DNA of 64,000 nt from Octopus vulgaris (GCA_951406725.2 OX597821.1:10788001-10852000), one strand, 5' to 3'. Counted from the stretch's first letter, positions 14,131 to 27,318 are shown. A program made the numbers and translations. The notes: generated by a model from the letters alone, not told the origin.

Positions 14131-14428
14131 GTGGAGGCACAATGGCCTAGTGGTTAGGGCAGCGGACTCGCGGTCGTAGGATCGCGGTTTCGATTCCAAG
14201 ACCGGGCGTTGTGAGTGTTTATTGAGCGAAAACACCGAAAAAAGCTCCACGAGGCTCCGGCAGGGGGTGGTGATCCCTGCTGTACCCTTTCACCACTCTT
14301 TCTTCTCTTGGCCTGCTCGCTTAGCCAGCGGGGTGGCATTATTCGAAGGCTAAAACAATGCGAACGCATTGTGACCAGCGATGTGTAACAACATCTGATG
14401 GACTGGTCGGTCACGTGATCACGTGATA
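14131..14428 (+). mobile_element. tRNA-derived SINE with family-A head and a different 3' tail
   Basis: Head matches 1850/4482 up to ...tttcaccac. The tail instead matches the solo fragment at 33075-33197. Confidence 0.85.
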
Positions 14429-14439
14429 ACCAACATATG

Positions 14440-17169
14440 CATGGCCTTTTACTTTAAATACCTTTCATGATTTATTCAACTTATATATATGTGTGTGACG
14501 TGGAGTAAAATCATTTACAGCTTCCTTCTGTGGACCTTTATTGAACACTGATTTTTCTTCGAATGATATCTTCTATTCCAGCTTTCTGAACAGAGTCGTT
14601 ATTAGATGGTTTCACCACGTGAGCCATGACCATCTATAATTGTAACCCCGACGTTCTAGATCACAATTTCTTCTAAAGTGGTGATCCTTCGCGGATGAAT
14701 TTCTGAATCTGTCAATACATGCATTCCTTTTTCACCTTTTCAACTTTGACTATGCGTCTAAACCGCTATTCATCGTAAAAGGACATACTACTGATGCTCC
14801 TCTCGTTGCCATATTTGTCTTCTCTTTCAAATTTTTTGGCGCCACTTTTAATCGGGAACTGCAGAGCATTTTTTCCTCGTGTCGTATCTGAAATTACAAC
14901 TTCGCCCTTCTAAGACACAGCTTCCCAGGAGAATTTTTATTCTTTTCATATAAAAGAAGTTATATTTAACAGACGGTGTTATCTTGAATTCATAGGGATA
15001 ACAATTTCTCCTCTCTCAAACCTACCGGTACTATCCATGTGTTGGCCTTTGTTCTGTTCTTCATCCGCTAGCAAGAACTCTCCCTTTTCATCCTCTACTG
15101 TAGAGTATGAAAATCCTAGTCCGATGCTCTTCGCGTCTTTTTTCAACTAGTGTGTTTGACGACCATTTCTAACGGCGTTTCCTTCAACCAGCATGTACTT
15201 CGTGGTATTATCGCCTAAAGATGAGTCATTTTCGTTTGCCTCAATTTCATAGAGATTCTACGAAGAGGTTTACACAATTGAAATCATTTTTCATTACTTC
15301 GAATATTCAGTCGGCTCAGATCAAACTACATATTGCATTCCCAGTCATTCCTTTTTCTCTCGCACTCTCAGTCTGCGATATGATAACAGGAACCCACCCG
15401 ACATGACGTATGAATACTTTGCGCGATGAGTATCTCGAGGGCCAAGCCCCCACGGAGTTTTTGCGACGGATCCGGGATTTACCGATAGTTCATATGAGGG
15501 TCAATCATTCGTCAAACAGTTATTTTTCTCAAGGAAGCCTTCTAATGTCCAATCAATTCTAGCATCCATGACGGAACATACCGTTATTAAAACAACTTAC
15601 CGTCTCTTCAGACAGTATTCTGGAATACTCTGGTACCTCGTCATCATCTGACAACATTGTCGCAGTTGCTTTCTCCTCTTCCTCGCGAACTTGCACTTCT
15701 TCTTCTGCTCCGGATGACACACAATCTTCCGAAACCTTATGGGCTATTAGGGAACTGATCTGTCAAGTTTCACGCATGTGTAGGAACCGTTCTTCTCTGA
15801 ATTATTCTACAGGAAGGAGTAGACGCCGCTCTTACTGGCGCGGATGCGCGCTTCCTGCGCCACTCATTTGCTGGTATCATAGGAAATTTAAAGACCAGGC
15901 CAAAAATTGTTCTCAGCCCTGCTCTTCTCCGGGTAACTAGGCCAGAAGGCATTGAGTACGACAGCCGTTTCCCCCATTGATTCACCTTACCGTGCATTCT
16001 CTTATCCGCGATGCTAGATCTTCAAAGTCCTTTAAGGTTGACACGGGAGTCAGTGTGATTTTCAGGCCTCGAAGGTTTACTTCCACCATTCCTAGTCTTT
16101 CTGACATCTCTCTCTACGTGATGAATCCCTCTGCCATTAAAACATACGGACAAATCACTCTTACCCTCGCTTTGTCACTCTGTAGGGATTTCAAGTGGAT
16201 CTTCGTCATAGTGGACCTCCCCAACCCCATACTTGGAGCTGACTTCTTACATCACTGGTGGACGTTAGAGGACACCGGCGTCTTGCTGATACTACCTCGC
16301 TCGCTGTTGTGAACCCTTCTTTCTTTGTGGCTGCATCACGTGGCTCTTACCGCCAGTTACTTGCTTCGTTCCCACTGTTGACCGATTTGTCATTTCATCC
16401 GTCGAATCAAGCCCATTCCATGAAACATTTCATCACAACTAAGGGACTTCCTGATTTTTCCCGACCGCGCCGTTTGTCTAAAGGGAATCTCCGGATCGTC
16501 CGGGCTGAATTCAAGCACATATTATAGCTGGGCCTTATTCGTCCCTCTACGAGCCCCTGAGCAGCACCCTCACACATGGCCAGGAAGAATGAAGCTGATT
16601 TTCGACCGGTTGAAGATTTTAGATGCCTTAATACTGTTGCTATTCCAGATGGCTATATCCGGTACAAAATGTGCAGTATCTCGTCTAACCAGCATGCCTA
16701 TAAGGTTTTTCTATCTAAAGTCGACTTGGTATGCGCATACCATCAAATCCCTGTCAACCCCGATGATATTCCAAAGACAGCCGTCACCACATTTTTTGCA
16801 GCATTTGACTTCTTTTCTATGCCGTTTAGTCTACGTAAAGCAGCCATTACGTTCCAAACGTTAATTCATGTGGTCGTTCGTGGGTTAGACTTTCTCTTCG
16901 CATACATCGATGACCTCGTAATCGCCAGTAGTAATCCGGAGCATCATATCTAACACTGGTAAACATGGCCTTTCACTTGTAAATACCTTTCGCGATTTAT
17001 TCAACATGTATATATTTATGACCTGGAGTAAAAGCATTTAAAAACTACAGCTTGGTTCTGTGGATATTCATTGTACAATGTTCTTTCTTCGAATGATATC
17101 ATCTATTCCTACTTTCTGAACGGAGTCGTTACTAGATGGCTTCACCATGTGAACCATGACAATCTATAC
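14440..17169 (+). mobile_element. decayed, internally deleted Ty3/Gypsy LTR retrotransposon
   Basis: Direct repeats at about 14440-14638 and 16964-17169. Degenerate tRNA-Trp-like PBS (tgtaaccccgacgt) follows the 5' LTR. Protease VDTG and RT motifs AYHQIP..DDIPKTAVTT, MPF and AYIDD are present; RNase H and integrase are absent. Confidence 0.9.
15977..16953 (+). pseudogene. Gypsy pol (protease-RT) pseudogene
   Basis: Frameshifted ORFs 15977-16312, 16258-16527 and 16576-16953 with ILGADFL and YIDD motifs. Confidence 0.88.
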
Positions 17170-17815
17170 GTCTGTTTTATAATAATATACATTTACATAA
17201 ATGAAATGGCCTAAAAATAAACACACTAAAAAACATAAACATAATATGTACATTAAACATACAAATGCTAATACATGCATATATACATATCTACAAACAT
17301 ACACAGGCAAAATAAAATATAAATATGATTATATGTAGTAATGTATAGTTAGGTATCTATACACACACATACATGCACACACAAACACACACACATGCAC
17401 ACACAAACACACACGCATACACACGCACGCACACACACACACACACATATATATATTTATACACATCATACATCTTTGTGCGTATAATTTGAAGTCGCAA
17501 CTCCATTGCTGGTCGTTAGAAAAGAATCCGATTAAGAATAAGAGGCGGTGGTTGGAAGAAAAAAATAAGTTGTAGAATGGAGGCAAGAGCGCGATAGAGA
17601 GAGAGAGCGAGAGAGAGAGAGAGAAATAAAGATAGACAAGATAGAAAAAGAGAGAGAACGTAATTGTGTTCACTAAATCATCTTACGATAAGGAAAAGGG
17701 GAATGAGGAAAAATAATAATGAAATAGGCATACATACTCACTTATATATACATATATTCAATAGTAACTTGCATGTAAACACGCATACAATATACAGATA
17801 AGCATAAACGCATGA

Positions 17816-17886
<71 letters not shown>

Positions 17887-17989
17887 GTGATAATAATAAT
17901 AAGAAGAAGAAAAGTAAGTTCGGCCTAGCCTAGCCTACAGACAAGTTAATTCGACTTGAGTCGTATTTCGACTTAAGTCGTGTCTCTCG

Positions 17990-18809
17990 CAAACCATTAA
18001 CGATGTAGGGTTAGGTATGCCTGTATAAAATAGTCTTTCATTAAGCTTACGTTATGGTTTAATTTATCTAATAGCAAATCTAAATTAGCATATAACTAAA
18101 TCTACATTATTAAGGTTAGTATCTATCGTAATCCGTAGGCCCATTCTTTGGAAGAAAGTAATAAGATTCTTCCTAAATCTAACTCAAAGCCGTTCAAATT
18201 ATGGGTGAATATAATACCGTAACTCAGTATAATCCTGATCTACAAAAGGGAATTCCAGGTGCAGGTGATGCAAAATATGGGCTGCTATAAGCATACATAA
18301 CTTTACCCCATCATAAGCGCCCATCGGCATATCTTTTTGACCCAGGTTGAATCATCGTAAAATGGGAAGGATTTCTCCGAACTGTCGATTGTAACGAAGT
18401 CTAATGCTTTAAGAAGTAAATGACTGGCTATTAACGGGTATAAATCGACAGTACCGAACTGTGTAAATTTGAAATTACATTTATGGCTAATTCCCTTAAA
18501 CACATCTATAACTTACTATTTCCCCAAATACGTAAATTTAATTCTCTATTTAATTTGTTTAAAACAGAATTTAATATATTTTTACTAATAATACCTCTTT
18601 CTGCAGTTCTATATTTAAGGGATGAGGAATTATGTACATTATTTAGATTTGACGGATATTTGTTCTCATTTTGTTTGTTGTTAACACAATGTTTCGGCTG
18701 ATATACCCTCCAGCCCTCCTCAGATGTATTGGGGAAATATCTAACCTGGGTTCTCATTCCTAATGTATTTTTGTTGCTGTTGTTGTTGTTGTTGTTGTCG
18801 ACGTTGTTG

Positions 18810-18873
<64 letters not shown>

Positions 18874-18953
18874 CATCATTATTATTCTGGTCACTGCCTA
18901 GAATCGAAATCGGAATCTTGGGGAAAGTAGCCCACGCACTTAACCACTACGCC

Positions 18954-19007
<54 letters not shown>

Positions 19008-19285
19008 TCAAAAATACATTAGGAATGAGAACCCAGGTTCGAAAATTCCCCAAGACACCTTATGAAGGCTGGTGGGTATATCAACCGAAACGTTGTGTTA
19101 ACAATAAACAAGATGGCGACAAATATTTGTCCAAAGTAAATAATGTAGATAATGTAAATACCTATTTCTGTTTTAGCTGGGTTGATTATTCTACATTTGC
19201 CGTTTCTGCTGTAATTAGCTTTATGGTCCTTAAGGGTAACAATGTATTCTATCCTATCATTAACGTTAAGAGTGTTAGGGATACA
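17990..19285 (-). mobile_element. Penelope-like RT fragment split by a nested insertion
   Basis: TLKDHKANY..KCRIINPAKTEIG (19157-19285) continues as IISKNILNSVLNKL and FTQFGTVDLYP..LLLKALDF below 18590. Confidence 0.75.
18604..19156. mobile_element. composite foldback insertion with HHR motifs in both arms
   Basis: Inverted arms about 18630-18770 and 19010-19155. Flanking direct repeat aatacct(c/a)tttctg at 18590-18603 and 19157-19170. tRNA-like head at 18888-18955 (-). Confidence 0.75.
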
Positions 19286-19329
19286 TAATACATACACACA
19301 CACACACACACGCGCGCACGCACACACAC

Positions 19330-19403
<74 letters not shown>

Positions 19404-19407
<4 letters not shown>

Positions 19408-20602
19408 AGAGTTCACGAAAAAACTAACGACGGAGATAGGTGGTGTAGAAAACAAACAGATGTATTAGTATAACGCTCAGGAATTGAAAAAAGTCTTTTA
19501 TGTTTCGAGCCTACACTCTTCTACAGAAAGACAACAGGAGAGAAAAACAAAATGTGTGTAGTGGCTACCGATCTTTCATGGTGACTGCCGGACAGAAGGA
19601 TCACACAGGAGGGTGAAGAAGTAGGGAAGATAACAATGTAAATATGATCCCTTAAACGAAGGTGCGTGTGTGTATAAGAAAGTACGTACAAGCGTGTGAA
19701 AGGGGGCTGGTGGTCTTGTTGTGTGCCTGTGTATATGTGTAGGTGTGAGAATGTGGGGATGGGAATTGGTCAGTGCTGATGTGTGGGTGGTGTGTTGTGA
19801 TGTGATGTGTAGTGTGGAATGGTGTAGTGTGGTGTGGTGTGATGTTGTTGGGAGGTGGGGAAGGCGAGAATGAGGAAATCACGGGTGAGGTATGGGTTAG
19901 GCTGAGGCTTAGGGTAGAGTTGGGGTTGTGGGTAGGCAGAGGTTGGGGTAGAGGTGGGATTTGTGGGTAGGCAGAGGGTGGGGGTAAAGGGGGTATGTGG
20001 GAGAAGGTGTAAGGGATGTCATGAGGTGGGATAGGGAAGGTGGAGTAGGAATGTGTATGTGTGGGGTGGGCTTATGTGGGAGGGTTGACGATGAAAGGGG
20101 GATAGGGAAGATGGGTATGTGAGAAGAGAGAAAGAGAGTAAGAGAGAAGAGAGAAAGAGAGTAGGAGTGAAGAGAAGTAGGAGTGAAGGGAAGAAAGAGT
20201 CGGAGCAAGAGAGGAGAGGTGGGTGGGAGGACGTAGGAGGGAGGAGGAGAGAGGCAAGGGGAGGAGGTTAGATGAAGATGGGTGGAGAGTTGAGCTCATA
20301 TAGCACAAAGGAGGGAAGAGAGAAGATTAATCCCTGTTCACGGCGCAAACGAGAGTCAGGATGGCCTCTGTGCAAGGAGAATCCGAACACGGACAGGTCT
20401 TGCAAAGAATGACCGGTAGAGCGGAAATGGCGTGAGACCTGGGTGTCATTGCCGAGGCGTATGTCTCGGAGGTGTTCCGCTAACCGGTCAGCTAAGCGTC
20501 CCATTTGTCCGATGTACAGAGAATGGCAGGAGACGCAATAGATGATATTGGTAGAAGTGCAGGTGAAGCAATGAACTGAAGTATATGTCCCGTCAAAGAG
20601 TG
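19404..20602 (-). mobile_element. 5'-truncated Penelope-like element (GIY-YIG endonuclease and 3' end)
   Basis: FTCTSTNIIYCVSC..LYIGQ..RLAEHLRDI..VSRHF..GHS. 3' end has an HHR-like motif at 19493-19532 (stem I GTCTTT/AAAGAC). Confidence 0.88.
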
Positions 20603-20966
20603 ACCAATAGTTTCGCATACATAGCCTGCTTAGCATTGTGGACGACTCGTCAGTATCTAAGGACGAAGGCCATATACTCTTCAAACTGTGGAGGTAGAAT
20701 CCTGTTACCGTCAATTAGTTACTAAACAAAAAATAAACAATCCCAGAAGGCGAGAGTGGGTTATCTCCCTTATATCATGCCTTCAGAGCCCGAAGATTTC
20801 TCGGAAAGAAACAAGGCGTGTTATGAAATGTTGCGTAGACTGCTTGTTCATGTATGAAAAATATTGATAGCTCAAAAAATTATTCTATTTGGCTCTGACT
20901 GAAAAATTAAAATGTATGTATGTATGTATGTATGTATGTATGTATGTATGTATGTATGTATGTATG

Positions 20967-21000
<34 letters not shown>

Positions 21001-22243
21001 TGTGTGTGTGTGTATGTATGTATATGTATGTGCACTATATTGTGTGTGTTACGGAAAAAACGCAGCGTATTTGTGTTTGAGTAAAGTAAAGCCTGTAGGC
21101 GTTAAAACACGCACACAAAGTGAGTTCAAAAGCTTCTCAGTCTATGTATTAATATCCCAAGGAAAAACAACTAGTAGCGGAAGCGTAGAACAAGATATCA
21201 TGTTATCTACTTCTCGATGTTTCTTAAGATTTGTAAGATGATATGCTGAATGATAAACTCATTGACATATTAGAAATTTCATATTTCTGCAATATAATCT
21301 TGGTGATGAATTTGCTTCTGTTTTTTTTGTAATACATATAAAAAAATATATGCATACATATGTGTATGTTTGTGTGTAAGTGTGTGTGTATGTGCATACA
21401 TGACATGTACGTGCTTCCGAAAGTGCTTATATGTTTGTATGTTCAAGAATGTGCATTTTTATGTATTCGTATGTGTGTGTTTACAAATGTATATATGTCG
21501 ATGTGTAGCTTCTTACATAGACAGAAATATATATGTTCATAATTTCGTATTCGTATGTCCATGAGTGTGTACAGAAATGTGTACACATACGTAATCATAC
21601 ACACAGCATCACACACTCAAACACATGCACACACGAGAATAAGCTGAGATACTAAAAGTTTCTTTCATTGCAACTTACATGAAGAGAAATTAAATGTTGT
21701 ACTAGACACTATAAGACCCAGTCAATGTCTGTTTTCTTTAGCTGTCCACTAATACTAGCAATTATTCTTTCCCCTTATTGTTCTGATCGCGTGTTATTGA
21801 TCTCTTTCTAAACATCCACGAAGGAGTCTGCTTTTCTCAAGAAAACCAGCCCATGTGCTGTTAGCTTGATCATGAAGTAAATATAGATATATGGAAAATA
21901 TGCTACTTCATACCGTCTCAATTAATTTAGATTTGCTTAACTCTGATCGGTTAGAAGTCGTTTGTTGTCAGTTCTTCGCAACTGAACGTTGCTTATTGTT
22001 ATTGCTCACAGTGATAAACAGTGGTACTGATCGATAAATTTGTTGATGCCAATGTGAAATTGGTCCAACCAAGGCACAATAAATTGAGTGGCTGCATCAT
22101 TGGTCGTATAACAATAGGAATCACTGGAGAGAAAAATCAATATTGAATTTAGTTAATGCTGGGAATTGTATCATTGGAAAATATGTGGCGGCCTCTAGAA
22201 GCACATTACCACTGTAAAGACAATTACTTTCCGGACGTATGAA

Positions 22244-22542
22244 TCATGTTATATATATATATATATATACATACAGAGAGAGAGTAGGTTGACAAACATG
22301 TAGACGCTGATACATACGTATACACATGTATATAGATATATGTATATATGCATGTACAAATGTATACATAAATATGTATATATGTATGTAAATACATATA
22401 TATATATACATATGTACATATGTATTTATATAATATATATATGTATATATATATATATTTATAAATATATTTATATATATATATTTACATTTATATATAT
22501 GTAAATATATATATATGTATATATTTATATATATATGCATAT

Positions 22543-22592
<50 letters not shown>

Positions 22593-22607
22593 GAATATAT
22601 ATATAGG

Positions 22608-22652
<45 letters not shown>

Positions 22653-22660
22653 GACACACA

Positions 22661-22694
<34 letters not shown>

Positions 22695-22709
22695 GAATAT
22701 ATATATAGG

Positions 22710-22757
<48 letters not shown>

Positions 22758-22800
22758 TATATATATAGGTATATATATATATATACATATATATATACAT
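22244..22800. repeat. compound (TA)n/(CA)n microsatellite (one of dozens in the window)
   Basis: Other examples: 5659-5724, 9592-9672, 17818-17900 (AAT), 20914-21030 (TATG), 27422-27635, 29250-29340 (TAGA), 34160-34280 (TAC), 54266-54480 (ATAC). Confidence 0.95.
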
Positions 22801-23480
22801 TATGTAAATGGTGAAGAGAAACGGACATGTTTGGAGAACAGGGACAGCGAGAAAGATAAATAGGAAATAACAAAATCTATATATATGAAATCACAATTCA
22901 ACACTTGTGTTGCACCAATGAGGCGGCTACGTTAGATCGTTTACAGCTTTAAAGAAATTTGAGAAGGAAGATTAATAGGTAATTTAATTTAAACCAATAT
23001 ACAAGCGTATGTGCATACGCTTTCATTTCTATACTAAATCCATTACTTCTATATACATATATCCCAAATGAACTAATAGTGAGCTTTACAACTACGGTTT
23101 ATATATAAGGTATACATAAAAGTGAATGTATGTAGATATACATACAAAGACGCAAATTTGAGTGGGTTTGAGTGGATCCGTGTGCATGTGTGTGTGTTAG
23201 TGGTGAGAGTTGAGATAAATGCTAATGCTCAGTGAAGAATGCGATATAAAATCAATGGAGCATACACTTTTTTCTAACAATCAGGTTTTGGAAATAAATA
23301 TAAGTGTGTGTGTGTTGTGTGTGGGCGCTCGCTTGATGTGTGTGTAGTAATAAATATATATGTGTGTGTATCTATAAATATCTATCAATATATCTCTTTT
23401 TTTATTTCTATGTATTTATGTATGTATGTATCTATGTATCTTGTATCTTGTATCTATCTATTTATCTATCTATCTATACA

Positions 23481-23559
<79 letters not shown>

Positions 23560-23601
23560 ACTAACACGCACGCACACACACAAACACACACACACACACA
23601 C

Positions 23602-23639
<38 letters not shown>

Positions 23640-23644
<5 letters not shown>

Positions 23645-23838
23645 GGAGTAAACACATAAATGTGAAACAAGGTGGAAAATAGAGTACTCAAATACCAGTG
23701 GTAGAGTAATATGCTTTATTTAAAGCAGCAGAAAATTCAACAAAACATGTTACTCTGAGTTGCTAGAACTGTCCGATGAACGGCAACGGGAAACTCAGAG
23801 TAACAGGTCTTGTTGAAATTTCTGCTGCTTTAAATAAA
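23640..23838. mobile_element. short foldback element with HHR-like motif (23769-23806, +)
   Basis: Arms 23715-23761 and 23792-23838. Motif CTGT-CCGATGA-..-GAAA-CTCAGAG-TA-ACAG. Confidence 0.65.
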
Positions 23839-23976
23839 TTATATATATATACATATATATAGGTACTGAAAAAGTAGGGTGAATACTTCATAAGTGTAAG
23901 CACCTGTATACGCCAGCTAGTGGCAGAAGTGAGAGGGTATATATCAAATAAAATTAAAAACAGGACACAAATGATG

Positions 23977-24070
23977 CCGCGGTACACGTGTTTCGAGCTT
24001 TATAAACGACCTGTTCTTACATCAGTGTATAATAGGTATTAAAGATGGTTTAAATCTCTGTTCAGCCACA
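23977..24070 (-). ncRNA. degenerate type I hammerhead motif
   Basis: TGTGG-CTGAACA-GAG..CTC-GAAA-CACGTG-TA-CCGCG. The 3-8 pair is mismatched (C/C). Confidence 0.5.
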
Positions 24071-24379
24071 TGCATTGCTATTCCAAAAAGTTACATCACA
24101 CTATAAAAAATATGAAAAGTACATGTAGTATTACCCATAATAATAGGTATATCATATCTCCAAAAGGCCACGCATAAGGATACAAACCAAAATCCATTGA
24201 ATTCGAAACGAACGCATGCTTTATCGCAAATATTCTTTTGTCACGTGGATGTTATGAAATTGCCCATTGGCATCGATGTGACACAATGAGTGCCAACTGT
24301 AAACTTATATTTACAACTACATTTTAGTAATTTGTCAACAAGCGTCTCTGTCCTTACATACTTCAAGATGACTTATTGC

Positions 24380-24435
<56 letters not shown>

Positions 24436-24673
24436 ATATGGCTCAGTACCATATATTGACACATGGTGGACACAGCAGTTTAATATGCAGATCTTTGTGT
24501 TAATGTTCTGAGGGCGGTTTTTCAAGATGTTATATAATTTTGGGATCTTTTTTTTTCCATATCATTTACATATCTTGCATTCTTCTGTGATCAAAGTTTC
24601 AAAATAGTTGCAAACGCATCTGATCACGAATGAATTGTGTTTTATCTCCAGTCTTTCTTATATTCATTTAATA

Positions 24674-25026
24674 CGGTAATACCTCGGTTTACGAATGCGT
24701 CTGATCACGAATAACTCATGCTTTATATCTGTATCTGTATCTACATATTGATATGTAGATACGGTCGGTATCAGGGCGTGTATAAGTCTTGAAAAAATAA
24801 CGAAAATCGATTGCAGGTGAGAATGCGATCGATAAAGCCGTAGGAACGTGCATTTTTACGCGTAAATGCATCATCTTTTGCGATCGATGCTAGCGCAATC
24901 GGATGGAGGATGCCCGAAATTCTAGAAGACACACACAAACAGACAGATCGGATTTTATATAATAGATATATATAAAGCACGATTTATTCGTGATCAGAGT
25001 CTTTCGAAAATCGAGGTGCTACTCTA
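24674..25026. mobile_element. Tigger/pogo-like MITE
   Basis: TIRs cggtaatacctcg...ctgatcacgaataa and ttattcgtgatcag...cgaggt, flanked by TA. Confidence 0.5.
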
Positions 25027-26079
25027 CATATTCACTATCATCATTGAATCATACGAAAATATGCCGAGACATGCATAGGCGCACACAACCATTAACAGCA
25101 GGCACCGACGCACACGTATTTGCACAGACACAGAAACACACACTTACACACAGATACATATTCACGCAAGCGAGTGGTCACACATGGCGGTTACACAACC
25201 ACACTCATACTTACCAATCAAAGTAAGCATGCACATACACATCAAGAAGCTGATGCTATCATCTCACACCGCACCCCAGCTTAACACATGTGCACCTTCT
25301 ACGCAGGCATAGGTATCAGACAGCCACCTCGCAACATGTATCTGTATGTGTGCGTATTTGTGTGTATGTCTGTGTATGCGCGCACGCTGTGTGTCTGTTT
25401 GTGTGTGTGTATGTGTGTGTGTGTGAATTGGCGTATTATACAGATTTTCAATAGAATAAAGGAAAATGACTCAATTCAGTTAGAGCTGAATACAGGAGCT
25501 ATGTGAGCTACTGCAGCTTCGGTGAGTATTTCATGGAGTATCGAACAATCCGAAAGTATGTCAGAAATAAATCAGATACGAACTCTTTGGAATCTACTTG
25601 GTGATATTTAAGGAATTAATCTAAATGAAATGTGTACAATTCCAGTCGATGAAACTGGGCCATATCCCTTTAAGTTGTTAAATAAAGAATATAGTTAATA
25701 TAGAGCGATTAATTCTAGTTTAGGTCATCTATTAGATATCAAAACCTTACACCTAAAGGAAAGGGTACATTGTACTCATCTGTGTCTCATTCCGTGTGAG
25801 TCTTTTAGTTCGATAACTGAAAATATTAGTGATGCAAAAATATTGTAAAAGTGTTATCTCAATTTTAAAAAGGTCATTGCAGTTATTTGATCTACGAAAG
25901 TCGGCTGTAAAGTCCATGGTCTAACCAAGATAATCTTATGCAATGTCACCAACTGAGGTGTATTTTTTGACATAGTCCTGCTTGCGTTCCACACACGGCT
26001 TCCACGGATGATGCATTGATTGGATCTCGTTAGCAAAGAAAACTTGAACCTATTGGTCAAACATTAACAAACAGCAGAT

Positions 26080-26830
26080 ATTACGTCATCATCACTGCGA
26101 TACTAAATCCAGCCAAAACTTTCGCTTCTTTATTGGAGAACAGGCGCTAATCAGATAGGTCCACACCGTGAGAATAGGTGGAGATGGTGATGAATTAAAT
26201 CAACGTTACACTCACACATAACGGTCATTGATACTACGTATATTGTGCTCGGGCATTGTCCTCCTGAAACAGGACCCCTTTCCTCAGCTTTACTGGACAT
26301 TGGTTCTTGATAGACTTTCTTAACTTTCTCAGCAATTTGGCATAGTGCTCTACTTTTAATGGTGAGGTAATTTTGAAGATAGCCAATAAACGCATCCCAA
26401 AACTATGAGGCCATCCACTTACCTGCAAATAAAGCGACCTTTGCCTTTGTTGAAGCAGGTGAGAAGGGATGCTTCCACTACATGGAGTGTCTCTTTGCCT
26501 CTGGCTCCATATTATGAACCCAACTCTCCTCAAGTGTTAAGACATGTTCAAAGAATCCAACTGGATATGCTTCAGGCAACGTCAGATGTTTCCTGATATG
26601 ATCAGATTAGTGTGTTTTCGTCAGGAGTCAGCAGACATGATACCCACGGAGCAGAAACCTTCGTCATGTCAAGTTAATTTTGCAGCTTATTCTCAACATG
26701 TGGGGAACATCATCAATAAATTATTTGGTGTTGATAATTACAGAACGTCCAGATCTTGGGTCATCTTCAAAACTTTCCCTTCTATCAAATTCAGCTGACA
26801 ATTTTGCACTGTTGATAAAGCTGGAGCGTC
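26080..26830 (-). mobile_element. decayed mariner (DD34D) transposase
   Basis: Relic peptides VSAPWVSCLLT, VLTLEESWVH..PEAKRHSM*WKH, AGKWMAS*FWDA and KGVLFQEDNARA. Confidence 0.85.
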
Positions 26831-26926
26831 AGCCCATAGCAACCATGTCAGTATAAATATTCTTGAGAGTATATATATATATATATAAATATATAATTAA
26901 TATATATATATATATATATATATACA

Positions 26927-27264
26927 ATTGCAGCGTGGAAGGTGTTTATAAGCCATTTAAGAAACACACAAAGCCGTTATATTCATTACAACGTTTAAAT
27001 TTAATTTGTCAAAATATTTTCATCGCTCTCAGACCGCGACCTGCTCACTGACAAGAATCCGAGATGCAGCACGAATTTTGTCGTTGAACAGGTCGCGGTT
27101 TAAAAGGGACGAAAATATTTTGGCAAATTAAATTTAAATGTTGAAGTGAATCTAACGGTTTTTGTGTGTTTCTTAAATGGTTATAAACACCTGCAACGCT
27201 GGAACTGGTTTCGTTTCAGCACACGATCTCAGATCAGGTCACTTGCTATGAAAAAACAACTCCG

Positions 27265-27268
<4 letters not shown>
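26927..27268. mobile_element. foldback element (~130-bp arms) with an HHR motif in each arm
   Basis: 26927-27058 is the inverse of 27072-27204. A partial copy of the same family lies at about 61968-62123. Confidence 0.8.
27006..27054 (-). ncRNA. type I hammerhead motif, G3-C8 core variant
   Basis: TTGTCA-GTGAGCA-G-GTCGC ggtctgaga GCGAT-GAAA-ATAT-TT-TGACAA. Confidence 0.6.

Positions 27269-27318
<50 letters not shown>

Noticed and set aside
22244-22873. 209-aa ORF and other YI/VC/HT-rich ORFs in the track
   Set aside because: Translations of (TA)n, (TG)n and (TATG)n microsatellites.
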